A stretch of DNA of 60,211 bases, the filler included, from Actinomycetota bacterium (GTDB lineage Bacteria > Actinomycetota > Acidimicrobiia > IMCC26256 > VFJJ01): the NCBI GenBank assembly GCA_009886115.1. It is 4 parts of 4 records of this genome, joined end to end, with 100 filler letters (N's around TTAATTAATTAA, not from the genome) between each part and the next. Parts side by side here need not be neighbours in the genome. Positions count along the whole stretch, not along the records: positions 18,735 to 42,892 come from VFJJ01000214.1; positions 42,993 to 51,799 come from VFJJ01000140.1; 2 more parts are not named here. One strand, written 5' to 3'. Shown here piece by piece: positions 37,272-47,016 of this stretch. The notes under the pieces are model-generated. The model searched no databases and was not told where the DNA came from. It saw only the letters and a program-made list of their open reading frames with translations. The position numbers and the translations under genes are program-made. Each line of letters starts with the position of its first letter. The first letter of the stretch is position 1.

Positions 37272-38840
37272 CTACCCCGTCGTTGCTGGCGGGCCCGCCG
37301 CGATCTGGGCGGCTGGCGCGGCGAAGTTCGACTCCCGTCCGGCCCACAGCTCGGCTCGCAGCACGTGGCGCAAGAGCTTGCCGGTGGGGTCGCGAGGCAA
37401 AGCCTCGCTGACGATCACCCGTCGGGGTCGCTGATAGCCGGCCAGCTTTGCCTCGCAGGTTGCGAGCACCGCAGCCGTCGCGTCGTGGTCGCTCACTCCG
37501 ACTGCAGCGACCACGAACACCACGGGGATCTCTCCGCGCAGCTCGTCGGGCCCGCCTGCGCAGCCCGCGTCGCGCACCTCGGCCAGATCGCCGAGCACGT
37601 TCTCGATCTCGGCCGGGTACACGTTCACGCCCGACGAGACGATCACGTCGGCCGTCCTCCCCGAGATGTAGAGGTATCCGTCGTCGTCGAGAAAGCCGAT
37701 GTCGCCCACGGTGAAGGCCGAGCCGTCGGGTGTGTGCGCGGCGGCGGTCTTGCCCGGTTCGTTGGCGTACTCGAAGAACTGGCCGCCCGGCGGCTGGAAG
37801 TAGATGGTGCCCTGCTCGCCGTTGGGGACGGGGGCTCCGGCCTCGTCGAGGATGAGGCAGCCCATCCCCCGAGTCGAGCGGCCGACGGTTCCCGGCCGGG
37901 CCAGCCACTCGTCGGTGGATGCGATGCACATGCCGCCTTCGGTCATGCCGTAGTACTCGACGAAGATCGGGCCCATCCAGTCGATCATGGCCTGCTTGAG
38001 CGGACGTGGGCAGGGCTCGCCGCCGTGCAGCATGGCCTCCAGCGCCGGGGCGTTCCACGTTGCTCGTAGCTCGGCCGGCAGGTTGAGCAGCTGGCGGAAC
38101 ATGGTGGGCACCATGATCGTCGACGTGACCCCCCGCTGGACCTCCCGGAAGGCCACCTCGGCGTCCCACCGGTCGAGCATCCGGAACGTCACCCCCGCGG
38201 CCATCAGCGAGAGCGAGAACGCCAGCGGTGCGCCGTGGAACAGCGCCGAGACGTTGAGGTGCACGCCACGCTCGGGCAGGCGGACGACCTCGTTTGTCGA
38301 GCGGGTCCCCAGGAAGCCGGCGGTCCAGGGGTTGGCGCCGTCGACGAAACGCCGCACCCCCTTGGGTCGGCCGGTCGTCCCCGACGTGTACGACATGCGC
38401 CAGCCGTAGCGCTCGTACGGAAGCGGACCGTCGTCGTTGGCGGCCAGCCAGCCCTCGAATTCGGCGTCGAGGTCGACGACGGCCAGGCCGAGATCGGCCG
38501 CTGCGGCCCGAGCCGAATCGACATCGGTGACGATGGCGCGCGTGCCGGCGTCGCGCATCACGTAGGTGACCTCGTCGGTCGTCCAGCTCGTCTTGACGGG
38601 CGTCACGATCATCCCGGCCCGCATGGCGCCCATCAGGCCCTCGACCCACTCGTGCCGGTTGCGGGCCATCACGATCACGTGCGATCCCGGCGCCACGCCC
38701 ATCGCCTCGAGCCCATGGCCGACCTGGTTCGTTCGGACCTCGAGCTCGGCCCACGCGAGCGATCGGCGGGGGTCCTCGAGCGCGATCGCCGCCGGATCGA
38801 CCCCGACGGCCTCCCACAGGGGCGGTGCGAGCTTCTCCAT
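37272..38840 (-). CDS. AMP-forming acyl-CoA synthetase
   Basis: YTSGTTGRPKG, YYGMTE, GDIG, SGVNVYPAEIE, TGKL. Confidence 0.93.
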   Translation of the reverse strand: MEKLAPPLWEAVGVDPAAIALEDPRRSLAWAELEVRTNQVGHGLEAMGVAPGSHVIVMARNRHEWVEGLMGAMRAGMIVTPVKTSWTTDEVTYVMRDAGTRAIVTDVDSARAAAADLGLAVVDLDAEFEGWLAANDDGPLPYERYGWRMSYTSGTTGRPKGVRRFVDGANPWTAGFLGTRSTNEVVRLPERGVHLNVSALFHGAPLAFSLSLMAAGVTFRMLDRWDAEVAFREVQRGVTSTIMVPTMFRQLLNLPAELRATWNAPALEAMLHGGEPCPRPLKQAMIDWMGPIFVEYYGMTEGGMCIASTDEWLARPGTVGRSTRGMGCLILDEAGAPVPNGEQGTIYFQPPGGQFFEYANEPGKTAAAHTPDGSAFTVGDIGFLDDDGYLYISGRTADVIVSSGVNVYPAEIENVLGDLAEVRDAGCAGGPDELRGEIPVVFVVAAVGVSDHDATAAVLATCEAKLAGYQRPRRVIVSEALPRDPTGKLLRHVLRAELWAGRESNFAAPAAQIAAGPPATTG

Positions 38841-38997
38841 GCCGTGGTGGGCCTCTCCGTCGACGATCGGGCTCGGTGGCTCGGTGGGCTCGGCGGCTCG
38901 GCGGGTCGAATGCTCGACCCACGCTGCGCCGCTCGTTCGCTGCCCATCATGCCCCGGCGGTTACCGTCCCGGCACTCCTCCCACCAAGGCCAGGGCC

Positions 38998-39846
38998 ATG
39001 GGCGACGTCGTGTTCGACCGCAGCAATCACTTCCTCATGTCGTGTGGCTTCGGTTCGTCGCGCGTCGGTGACGCCATCGTCGGGTCGATGATGACGGTCC
39101 CCGAGTTGTGCTTCCCCGGCAGCGACGTCGTACGTCCCTCGGTCCTGGTGACGCTCACCGATGTCACGGCGGGGCGGATGGCCGCCGTGGCGACGGCGCC
39201 CAAGCTCTCGATGACCGTCGACTTCCACTATCAGGCATGGGCCCCGCCTCCGGTCGGCGTGATCGTCACCGACCCACACCTGCGCAAGGCCGGCGCCACC
39301 ACGGTCGTGACCGAGACCTTCCTGCACGAGGCTGACTCGACGGGCACCCGGGCTGCCGGCCCGGCGTTCGCCGTCGTGCTCGGGACGTTCCTCGCATCGG
39401 TGAGGCCCGGCGACATCCTTCCCCCCGCCATGGACCGGCTCGGCGACATCATGCACGGCCGCCCGATGTTGAGCGTGCCGCTGCCCGAACGGCTCGGGAT
39501 CGTCGTGCTCGAGCCGGGCGTGGTCGAGATCGCTCGTCGCCAGGACGTGCTGAACCCGGCGGGCACCATCCAGGGCGGCGCGTTCTGCGTGGCCTGCGAG
39601 GTCGGAGCGGAGACGGCGGCCACCGAGGCCACGGGCAGCGCCCAGGCCGTCGTCGATCTCGACCTCCGCTACCTCTCGGCCACCCGCGTCGGCCCCGGTC
39701 GCTCGAGCACCGTCGTGCTGCGGGTGGGCACGGCCGATGGGACGATCCCCACCATCACGCGGGTCGAGATGCGCGACCCCGGCAATGGCGATCGCCTGAC
39801 CGGCATTGCCCTGTGCTCGTCGGTGCCCACCACCACGCTCAGGTGA
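38998..39846 (+). CDS. Double hotdog-fold thioesterase (PaaI-like)
   Basis: MTVDF, LNPAGTIQGG, DLDLRYL. Confidence 0.75.
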   Translation: MGDVVFDRSNHFLMSCGFGSSRVGDAIVGSMMTVPELCFPGSDVVRPSVLVTLTDVTAGRMAAVATAPKLSMTVDFHYQAWAPPPVGVIVTDPHLRKAGATTVVTETFLHEADSTGTRAAGPAFAVVLGTFLASVRPGDILPPAMDRLGDIMHGRPMLSVPLPERLGIVVLEPGVVEIARRQDVLNPAGTIQGGAFCVACEVGAETAATEATGSAQAVVDLDLRYLSATRVGPGRSSTVVLRVGTADGTIPTITRVEMRDPGNGDRLTGIALCSSVPTTTLR

Positions 39847-39898
39847 GCTTCGATGCGAGCGCCGCAGTGTCGGTGATGTTCGGGCCGGCCCGTGGTGC

Positions 39899-40804
39899 CT
39901 ACGTGCCTTCGAACCGGGCGCTTCGCTTGTCGGCAGCGGCGGCGAAACCCTCGTAGAGATCGTCGCTCACGAAGGCGATCGACGACGACATCGCCTCGAA
40001 CACGGCAGCTTCCTGGAAGCCCCGGCGCACGAACGCGTTGACCGTCCGCTTGATCGACTGGACGGCGATCGGCGCGTTGGCCGCGATCTCCCGAGCCAGG
40101 GCCCGGGCCGCGGGCAACAGCTCGTCGAGGGGGACCACCTGCTGGACGAAGCCGATCTTCTCGGCCAGCTCGGGGCCGAAGCGCCGACCGGTGAACGCGA
40201 GGAGCTTGGCCGCGCCGGGATTGCACTCGAACGCCAGCCGGATGTCGGCGCCGCCGACGACGGGTACGCCGATGGTTGCCTGGGGGAGCGCAAACACGGT
40301 CCCCTCGGCCGCGATGCGCAGATCGCCGAGCAGCGCCAGCTCCATCCCCGCACCGAGGCAATAGCCGTGGATGGCCACGATCACCGGTTGGGGCAGGTCG
40401 GAGAGCACCTGCCAGCGCTCGAAGAGATATCGGGCCCGCTCGTAGCTGTTGCGCACCTTCTCGGCCGGCGAGCGGCCACTGTGACGTTCGGCGACGTCGT
40501 GACGCTCGGGCTTCAGGTCCTCGCCGGCGCAGAACGCCCGTCCCTCGCCCCGCAGGATCACGACCCGGATGTCGGACCGGAAGCGGAGGTCGTCGGCGAT
40601 GGCGCACAACTCGTTGGTGGGGGCCCAGGCCCAGGCGTTCAGCTTCTCGGGCCGGTCGAACACGATCTCGGCGACGGGATCGCCCTCGATGATGTCGAGG
40701 CGCACGAGCGGCTTGTCGCGCGCCCGCTCCTCGTTCCGCGGGTCGACCTCCCCCCGTCCCTCGGGTCCTGCGGGTCCTGCACGTCCTGCGGTCGAGGCTT
40801 CCAT
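39899..40804 (-). CDS. Enoyl-CoA hydratase/isomerase family protein
   Basis: RPEKLNA, FCAGEDL, GYCLGAGMELAL, APIAV. Confidence 0.92.
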   Translation of the reverse strand: MEASTAGRAGPAGPEGRGEVDPRNEERARDKPLVRLDIIEGDPVAEIVFDRPEKLNAWAWAPTNELCAIADDLRFRSDIRVVILRGEGRAFCAGEDLKPERHDVAERHSGRSPAEKVRNSYERARYLFERWQVLSDLPQPVIVAIHGYCLGAGMELALLGDLRIAAEGTVFALPQATIGVPVVGGADIRLAFECNPGAAKLLAFTGRRFGPELAEKIGFVQQVVPLDELLPAARALAREIAANAPIAVQSIKRTVNAFVRRGFQEAAVFEAMSSSIAFVSDDLYEGFAAAADKRSARFEGT

Positions 40805-40888
40805 GTGATCCCTCCCGGCTCGGCAGGGATCATGACCTCGACCGGGCGGCCCGTGCGACCCGGTTCGGCCGCAGGCTCGAGTCGAGCC

Positions 40889-41746
40889 TCAGCCGTACCG
40901 GGCTTTGACCTCGTGGAACTTCTCGGCGACCGAGCCGCAGAGCCTGAAGTAGTCCTCGCCCGAGAGCGAGAGCTGCTCCAGGCAGTACTGCAGGGTCTCC
41001 GGGTTGCGGTTGTCGTCCTCGAGGCCGGCCCCCACCGCCTTCGAGACCATGTCGGCGATGTGCACGGCGCACGGGATGGTGTTGTTCGACGGCGGGGGCT
41101 TGTGGTGGAAGGCGATACCACGAGCGATCGTCTGCGGAAGCTTCCACGCCAGCGCCAGTTCGCCGCCGATTCGGGCATGGTCGGTCTCGAGGATCTGAGC
41201 CTCGGCCTCCAGCCGGGTCGCGCCGAGTTGGTCCTTGACGGTCGCCATCATCGTGATGCTGCTCGGGGTCATGATCTGGGCGATGACGAGCTTGCCGATG
41301 TCGTGGAGCAGCGCTGCGGTGACGGCCTCAGGCGGCACTCGGACCCGAGTGAACTTCGGGAGCTCTTCGACGGCCAGCGCTGCCGCGACGGAGTGGGCCC
41401 ACAGGTCGCCTTCGTTGAGCCCGTACTGGGGGAGCGCCCGGCCGAGACGCCGGCTGACGCTGGCCGAGAGGGCCACCGAGAGCACCGTGCCGGTACCGAC
41501 GCGTATCACCGCGTCCTTGACCGTCGTCACCGGCGTCTTGCCCGCCATGTTCGCGGCGTTGGCTGACCGGAGGAGGGAGGTCGTGAGCACCTGGTCGTAG
41601 GAGATCACCTTGGCGATCTCCTGCATCTCGGTCTCCTCTTTGGCCACGAGCGCCGCCAGATGGGTCACGCTCATCGGCAGCGGTTCGAGATCGGGCGAGG
41701 TGCGAACCATTCGCTGCAGGTCGATGGCAGTCTGGCTTACCGGCAT
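40889..41746 (-). CDS. HDOD domain protein (paralog 1)
   Basis: LEPLP, DQVLT..LLRSAN, LWAHS, LLHDIGKLV, DHARIG, WKLP, FHH. Confidence 0.88.
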   Translation of the reverse strand: MPVSQTAIDLQRMVRTSPDLEPLPMSVTHLAALVAKEETEMQEIAKVISYDQVLTTSLLRSANAANMAGKTPVTTVKDAVIRVGTGTVLSVALSASVSRRLGRALPQYGLNEGDLWAHSVAAALAVEELPKFTRVRVPPEAVTAALLHDIGKLVIAQIMTPSSITMMATVKDQLGATRLEAEAQILETDHARIGGELALAWKLPQTIARGIAFHHKPPPSNNTIPCAVHIADMVSKAVGAGLEDDNRNPETLQYCLEQLSLSGEDYFRLCGSVAEKFHEVKARYG

Positions 41747-41847
41747 GATGTCCCCTTGTGCGTGGTGTGGCCGTGTCGGGGACCTCATCGGTTCCCGCGC
41801 CCGCTTGCTGTAGCCGACGTGCGGGGACGTCGGCTTGGTGGCGTCGC

Positions 41848-42690
41848 TCAGCCGCCGTAGCGGGCCAGCACGTCCGAGAACCGCTCGGCCGAGGCCTCGC
41901 ACAGCCGGCCCAGTTCGGCCGGCTTGAGCTGCAACGCCTGCAGCGCGCTGGTGTGGGCTTCGACGTCGTGGTTCTCGTGCTCGAGCCCGGCGCCGATGGC
42001 CTTGGCCACGAGATCGCAGACGTGCACCGCGTAGCCGATCAGGTTGTCGGCCACCTGCGGATCGTGGTGATAGATGACGCCCTGGACGATCGAGTCGGGC
42101 AACTTCCAGCTCTGGAGCATCAGCCCGCCGAGCTCGCCGTGATGGACGCGGAGCAGCTCGGTCTCGGCCGCGAGCTGGCTGAGCCCACCCTCGCGCCCGG
42201 CCCGACCGATGGTGGTGAGCACGTCGGGCTGGAGGTATCGGGCCATCACGAGCTTGCCGACATCGTGCAACAGCGCGGCGGTCACCGTCTCGGGGGGTAT
42301 CCGCACCTTGGCGAACTGGGGGAGCAGCTCGGCGGCGAGTGCTGCGGCCACGGCATGGCGCCAGAGATCACCTTCCGAGAGGCCGTACTCGGGGAGGGGT
42401 CGGTGCATGAGCTTGGCGACGGCGGTCGTCAACGCCAGTGACAGGACAGTTCCGGTTCCGAGTCGCACGACGGCGTCGTGCGCGGTCGCGGTCTCGACGA
42501 CGCCGGCGTTCATCGCCGAGTTCGCCGTCTCGAGCAGCTTGATGGTCAACGCCTGGTCGTACGAGATGACCTGGGCCATCTCTTTGACGTCGGTCCCCTC
42601 GTTGGCGACGAGCGCGGCCAACCGACTGACGCTCACGGGCAGAGGCTCGAGGTCCCGAGCCGATCGGGTGAGTGCGTCCAGGTTGATCAC
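41848..42690 (-). CDS. HDOD domain protein (paralog 2)
   Basis: LEPLP, DQALT..LLETANS, LWRHA, LLHDVGKLV, WKLP, YHH. Confidence 0.88.
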   Translation of the reverse strand: MINLDALTRSARDLEPLPVSVSRLAALVANEGTDVKEMAQVISYDQALTIKLLETANSAMNAGVVETATAHDAVVRLGTGTVLSLALTTAVAKLMHRPLPEYGLSEGDLWRHAVAAALAAELLPQFAKVRIPPETVTAALLHDVGKLVMARYLQPDVLTTIGRAGREGGLSQLAAETELLRVHHGELGGLMLQSWKLPDSIVQGVIYHHDPQVADNLIGYAVHVCDLVAKAIGAGLEHENHDVEAHTSALQALQLKPAELGRLCEASAERFSDVLARYGG

Positions 42691-42767
42691 GGCATCTCCC
42701 GTTCTCGGGGGCTCCCACGGGACGGGACGGGTCGCCTGAGCGAAACCGTTGACGCCATCCACATGGC

Positions 42768-42795
42768 CTATCGGCACAACCGGGGCACGGGTTGA
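42768..42795 (-). promoter_or_regulatory. Sigma28 (FliA/WhiG)-type promoter of the HDOD pair
   Basis: Minus strand TCAA-N16-GCCGATAG. Confidence 0.6.
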
Positions 42796-42892
42796 ACCAC
42801 CTTTTCCCGGACAAACCTGGAGCGTCATGGTCGACCGGTCGGATCCGGTGCCCAAGCCGCAGACGGTGCAGTTCTGCTCCCGGCCCGTCAAG

Positions 42893-42992
42893 NNNNNNNN
42901 NNNNNNNNNNNNNNNNNNNNNNNNNNNNNNNNNNNNTTAATTAATTAANNNNNNNNNNNNNNNNNNNNNNNNNNNNNNNNNNNNNNNNNNNN
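42893..42992. other. Artificial contig spacer
   Basis: N-run with TTAATTAATTAA. Confidence 0.98.
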
Positions 42993-43255
42993 ACGAGACC
43001 GGTCGATGCCATCCCCTCGGGTGTGGTGATCCGCCAACGGTTGGCGGGGGTGCAACCGACCGCGATCGTTGATCAGCTCGTGGCCGGCCCGCTCCCCGAG
43101 GTCTCGGGCCCTCGCGACACCAGACAGATCGCCGGCCGCCCGGTGATCGTCGATCTGTTCGACCAACGGCGGCACCACCTGGGCACCATCGGGCCTGGGC
43201 ACCTGGGAACAACTCGGCGGGATCTTGTACTCCGACCCCGACGCCGTCTCCGATA

Positions 43256-43675
43256 GAGCCCCGTGGGGTGGTGGGGATTGGTAGGTCCACCTGTGGGTGA
43301 GCCATCGGCGTGATCCTTGGTGTGTTCCTGGAAGAACGTACCGAGGAGAACACACCGATGGCTCTGTCTGAGTCTGCCCTGTCCGAGCTTCTTGTCGCGC
43401 TCACCGATCGTGATCGCGGCGTCGACCTGGTGCGTGAGCTGGCCGAGTGGCTGGCCCAGCAGCTGATCGAGGTGCAAGCCACCCAGGCGATCGGCGCCGG
43501 CCGCTACGAGCGCAGCGACGAACGGGTGACCGAACGTAACGGGCACCGGCCACGCACACTGACGACCAAGGCCGGTGATCTCGAGTTGGCGATCCCGAAG
43601 CTGCGTAAGGGCAGCTTCTTCCCGTCGATCTTGGAGCCGCGCCGTCGCATCGACCAGGCCCTGTACGCGGTGGTG
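43256..43675 (+). mobile_element. IS256-family remnant (left end plus transposase N-terminus from ATG 43358)
   Basis: IGAGRYERS..RNGHRPRTLTTKAGDLELAIPKLRKGSFFPS..RRR.DQAL; probable left end GAGCCCCGTGGGGTGGTG. Confidence 0.88.
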
Positions 43676-44146
43676 ACGGTCCGAGCGACGCTGGTCACCC
43701 ACCGTCGAGAAATGGGTGTCCAAGCCGAGCTGGCCGAACATGGCGTGCACCGCGGCGACCGCACCGAACCCGGGGGCACCATCAGCAGCCAGATCATCCA
43801 CGCTGAGCCAGGTCCCAGCCGCATGCGCCTGCAGGGAGGCGATGATCCGATCCAGCTGACCGCTCGTGCGGAGCTCGGTCACCTCACCCAACCGCAACAG
43901 CGTCCGGTGCGTCACCCTCCCCTCCACCCGAACCGCTTCCACCAACGCCAGATACGTGTATTCCTTGTCGCCACGACGCCGAACCGTTGTCTTCACGTAC
44001 ATGCCAGCGACTATACGCCACACAGACCAACAAGTCACGCGCGTGTCGCCCCTACACCATCACAACGAAAACCTACCCTCAGGCAAGAAACACCAGGTCA
44101 CAGCCCCACCCACCCCCAACACCAAGCAAGTACCGCCGAAGTCCGG
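43676..44146 (-). mobile_element. IS1634-family remnant (left end plus transposase N-terminus from ATG 44002)
   Basis: MYVKTT..YTYLALVEAVRVEGRVTHRTLLRLG..FGAV..LGL; probable end CCGGACTTCGGC. Confidence 0.75.
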
Positions 44147-44294
44147 ACCGACAACGACGACGCGCTCCCCGGATGGGCCTGGGCCCTCGGCTCGATCACC
44201 CTCGCCGCCATCATCGTCACCCGCGCCAGCGTCCTTCCGGCATTCTCCTCAGGGCCGAGATACTGGCGATGACGTCATCGATACCACGTCCGAT

Positions 44295-45062
44295 TCACTC
44301 CAGGGCCCGGAAGAGCCGATCCCAGAGAGCTTGGTCGCGAACGTAACGGTCGGTCTCTCTCCACGCGGTCTCGTTGCCGATGTCGTGGAAGCGCTCGACA
44401 ACCTCGAACGCTCCGAGTTGACCCCGCGAGATGAGCGAGCCCACGACCAAGGACAGGTCGAACGAACGCAGGCCGTCGCTCGACGCCTCGAACGCCGCCC
44501 GGCGAAACCACAGCATTCCGTAATCGATGTAATGGTGGGTCCCCGGGCCGGCCCCCTTGTGGTACTCGACAACCCGATGATGATCCACGCTGACGTTGCT
44601 CGTCTCCCAACGGTCGTCGTTGTGCAGCACGGTCATCATCCCGTCGAGTCCAAGCTCGTCGCCACGACCCTGGACTTCCGTTAGGGGGACCGCGAGGAGG
44701 GTGTCGCCGTACGTCACCCAGAACGACCCCGGTGCCTGCGAGCTAGCAAGGGCGGCAACGATGGCACCCCCGGTTCCCAGGAGGTCGGGCCCGTCTTCTA
44801 CAAACTCGACATGGAGCCCGAGGCGGGAACCGTCGCCCACGTGCTCTCTCAGTGGATCGGCGCCATGGCCGATGAGCATCACCACGTGGCGGGCACCCTG
44901 GCTCCGTAGCTGGAGCAGCTTGAGGTCGATGAAGGGATGGCCCCCGACCGGCAGGAGCGCCTTGGGGACGTCGCCACCGGTCAGGTGCGCGACGCGCGTT
45001 CCCAGTCCCCCGGCGAGCACGAAGACCGGGTCGACGGGGCGAGACGACGGCCCCGACGTCAC
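44295..45062 (-). CDS. Sugar-1-phosphate nucleotidyltransferase (HddC-like)
   Basis: LAGGLGTR, PKAL, LGTGGAI, YGDT, FHDIG; GTGA overlap with the kinase. Confidence 0.85.
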   Translation of the reverse strand: MTSGPSSRPVDPVFVLAGGLGTRVAHLTGGDVPKALLPVGGHPFIDLKLLQLRSQGARHVVMLIGHGADPLREHVGDGSRLGLHVEFVEDGPDLLGTGGAIVAALASSQAPGSFWVTYGDTLLAVPLTEVQGRGDELGLDGMMTVLHNDDRWETSNVSVDHHRVVEYHKGAGPGTHHYIDYGMLWFRRAAFEASSDGLRSFDLSLVVGSLISRGQLGAFEVVERFHDIGNETAWRETDRYVRDQALWDRLFRALE

Positions 45063-46039
45063 GAGACGACCGTCGTGGTGCCTTCGTAGTCGAAACCGAA
45101 GCGGACCTCCTCGAGGCCCAACTCGCCCATGGCGACCCGGAGGTCGGCCTTGGCCTCGGCCATGAAGAGGAGGAACCCTCCCCCGCCTGCGCCCACCAGC
45201 TTGCCGCCAGCAGCACCCGCCTCGATCCCGGCCCGGATCCACCTGTCGACCTGGTGGTGGACGGGGCTCGGGGCTCGCTCGTGTTTCAGCTCCCATTGCC
45301 GCGTCATCAGCCAGGCGAAACGCTTGAGATCGCCGTCGGTGAGCGCCTCGAAGCTCTCGCGCCCGATCTGCTTGACGGCGTCGAGGTTCGCCAGCACATC
45401 GGAGCTCGGTACGCCGGCGACGCCTTCGATGGCAGCGAGCTCCTCCGACGCCGAACGCCGGAGCCCGGTGTAGAACAGCAGGAGGTTCTCCTCGAAGTGC
45501 AGCTGCGCATCGTGGGGCATGACGACGGGCACCACCTCGACCGAATCGTCGGTGCCGAACTCGAAGGCGGTGACTCCTCCGATGGCGGCGATGAACTGGT
45601 CCTGCTTGCCGACCGGCTCGCCGAGCCGGTCGATCTCGATGTGGCACGCGAGCTGGGCGAGCTCGTAGCCCGAGCAGACCCGCCGCTGATAGGCCCGTAG
45701 CGCCTTGAGCAGGCCCACCGTGAACGAGCCCGACGAGCCGAGCCCGGTGCCGGCGGGGATGTCGGCCATCGACGAGATCTCGACGCCGCTGGTGATGCCC
45801 TCGACGAGCAGCGCCTCCCGGATGATCGGGTGTTGCACCTCGTGTGGGTGGGACACCCGTTCGATGGCCGAGTACTTGAGGAGCAGGTCGTCGCCGAAGT
45901 TGCGGTGCACCGCGAGGTAGACGTACTTGGTGATCGCCGCGGCCACGAGGAACCCGCCGCCCGAGCGCCGGTAGTACGCAGGGAGGTCGGTCCCGCCGCC
46001 CCCGAGCGAGATGCGCAAGGGGGTTCTGGTGATGATCAT
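45059..46039 (-). CDS. GHMP sugar kinase (HddA-like heptose-7-phosphate kinase)
   Basis: RTPLRISLGGGGTD, PAGTGLGSSG, GKQDQF, GGKLVGAGGGGF. Confidence 0.9.
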   Translation of the reverse strand: MIITRTPLRISLGGGGTDLPAYYRRSGGGFLVAAAITKYVYLAVHRNFGDDLLLKYSAIERVSHPHEVQHPIIREALLVEGITSGVEISSMADIPAGTGLGSSGSFTVGLLKALRAYQRRVCSGYELAQLACHIEIDRLGEPVGKQDQFIAAIGGVTAFEFGTDDSVEVVPVVMPHDAQLHFEENLLLFYTGLRRSASEELAAIEGVAGVPSSDVLANLDAVKQIGRESFEALTDGDLKRFAWLMTRQWELKHERAPSPVHHQVDRWIRAGIEAGAAGGKLVGAGGGGFLLFMAEAKADLRVAMGELGLEEVRFGFDYEGTTTVVS

Positions 46040-47016
46040 CGGGAGTACGCCTCCTTGACGATGGCCAGCGCAGCGATCCCGTCGTCGATCGATGCGCCGA
46101 CCGTTGGCTGGCCGTCGAGCGCGCCGAGCACGTCGTCGACCTCGCGGGCCCACGATTCGTCGGGCCTCGGCCATTCCCATGCCCTGGTGACCGGCGGTCC
46201 GAGCTCGGGAAGCATCTCGTGCACGGTCAACCGCTCGGTGCCGTACGACCCCCCGAGCCCCTCGATCTCGAGCTTGGCCCGCTCGAGCGCGATCTCGAAC
46301 GAGAACAGGTTCTTCCATTCGGTCCACGACGCGTGGAGCCACGCGAAAGCCCCGCTCTCTGCACGCAGAGCGAGGAACGCGTTGTCCTCAACCTGGGTGG
46401 CCCAGAACGAAGTCGCTAGCTCCGAGAACGCGAGCGAGACATCACCCACCAGCGACCGGGTGAGGTCGATCAGGTGGACGCCCTGGTCGAGGAGCTCGCC
46501 CCCGCCACTCAGCGCCCGGTCAGCACGCCATTCCTGCTCGTAACCAAGCCGTCCCCCATGACCGTAACGGGCCCGAATGTTCATGACGCGCCCGAAATCC
46601 CCCGATGCGATCACGCGGTGCGCTTCGAGAAACGAGGGGTGGAAGCGATGGTTGTACCCCATCCGAACTTGGCGGCCGTCCCGGACGGCGAGCGCAGCCA
46701 CACCTCGGAGCTCGTCGACGTCGCACGCCCCCGGCTTCTCGAGCAACACGTGGCTCCCAGCCTCGATGGCCTCTATCGCCGATGGAGCCAACGCCCGGTG
46801 GGTCGTCGCGACGACGGCGATGTCGACCCCATGAGCGCACGCAGCCCCGGCTGAGTCGGCAACGAGAACAGCCGGCCCGATGCTCTCGGCCAGTGCCTTG
46901 GCCCGGCCGGCGTCGACATCGTGGACCGCTACAACCTCTGCTCCCGCCCCGGTGAGAGCTCGGGCCCGTTTGGTGCCGATCAGGCCGCACCCAATGATCG
47001 CCGCACGAACAGTCAC
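46036..47016 (-). CDS. Gfo/Idh/MocA oxidoreductase
   Basis: IGCGLIG, EKP, GYNHRF, GGGELLDQGVH. Confidence 0.9.
   Translation of the reverse strand: MTVRAAIIGCGLIGTKRARALTGAGAEVVAVHDVDAGRAKALAESIGPAVLVADSAGAACAHGVDIAVVATTHRALAPSAIEAIEAGSHVLLEKPGACDVDELRGVAALAVRDGRQVRMGYNHRFHPSFLEAHRVIASGDFGRVMNIRARYGHGGRLGYEQEWRADRALSGGGELLDQGVHLIDLTRSLVGDVSLAFSELATSFWATQVEDNAFLALRAESGAFAWLHASWTEWKNLFSFEIALERAKLEIEGLGGSYGTERLTVHEMLPELGPPVTRAWEWPRPDESWAREVDDVLGALDGQPTVGASIDDGIAALAIVKEAYSR

Noticed and set aside
33400..38922. 1840-aa ORF as a giant protein
   Set aside because: It runs antisense or off-frame through thiolase, hydrolase, Uma2 and acyl-CoA synthetase; only the last 262 aa (SDR) look real. High-GC stop-codon scarcity explains it.
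33400..40804. CoA-enzyme cluster as a novel biosynthetic pathway
   Set aside because: Mixed orientations and generic lipid-catabolic families, with no scaffold enzyme, transporter or regulator.
43073..44272. 320-aa ORFs as intact transposases
   Set aside because: Chimeras of two truncated IS genes; neither includes a DDE catalytic domain.
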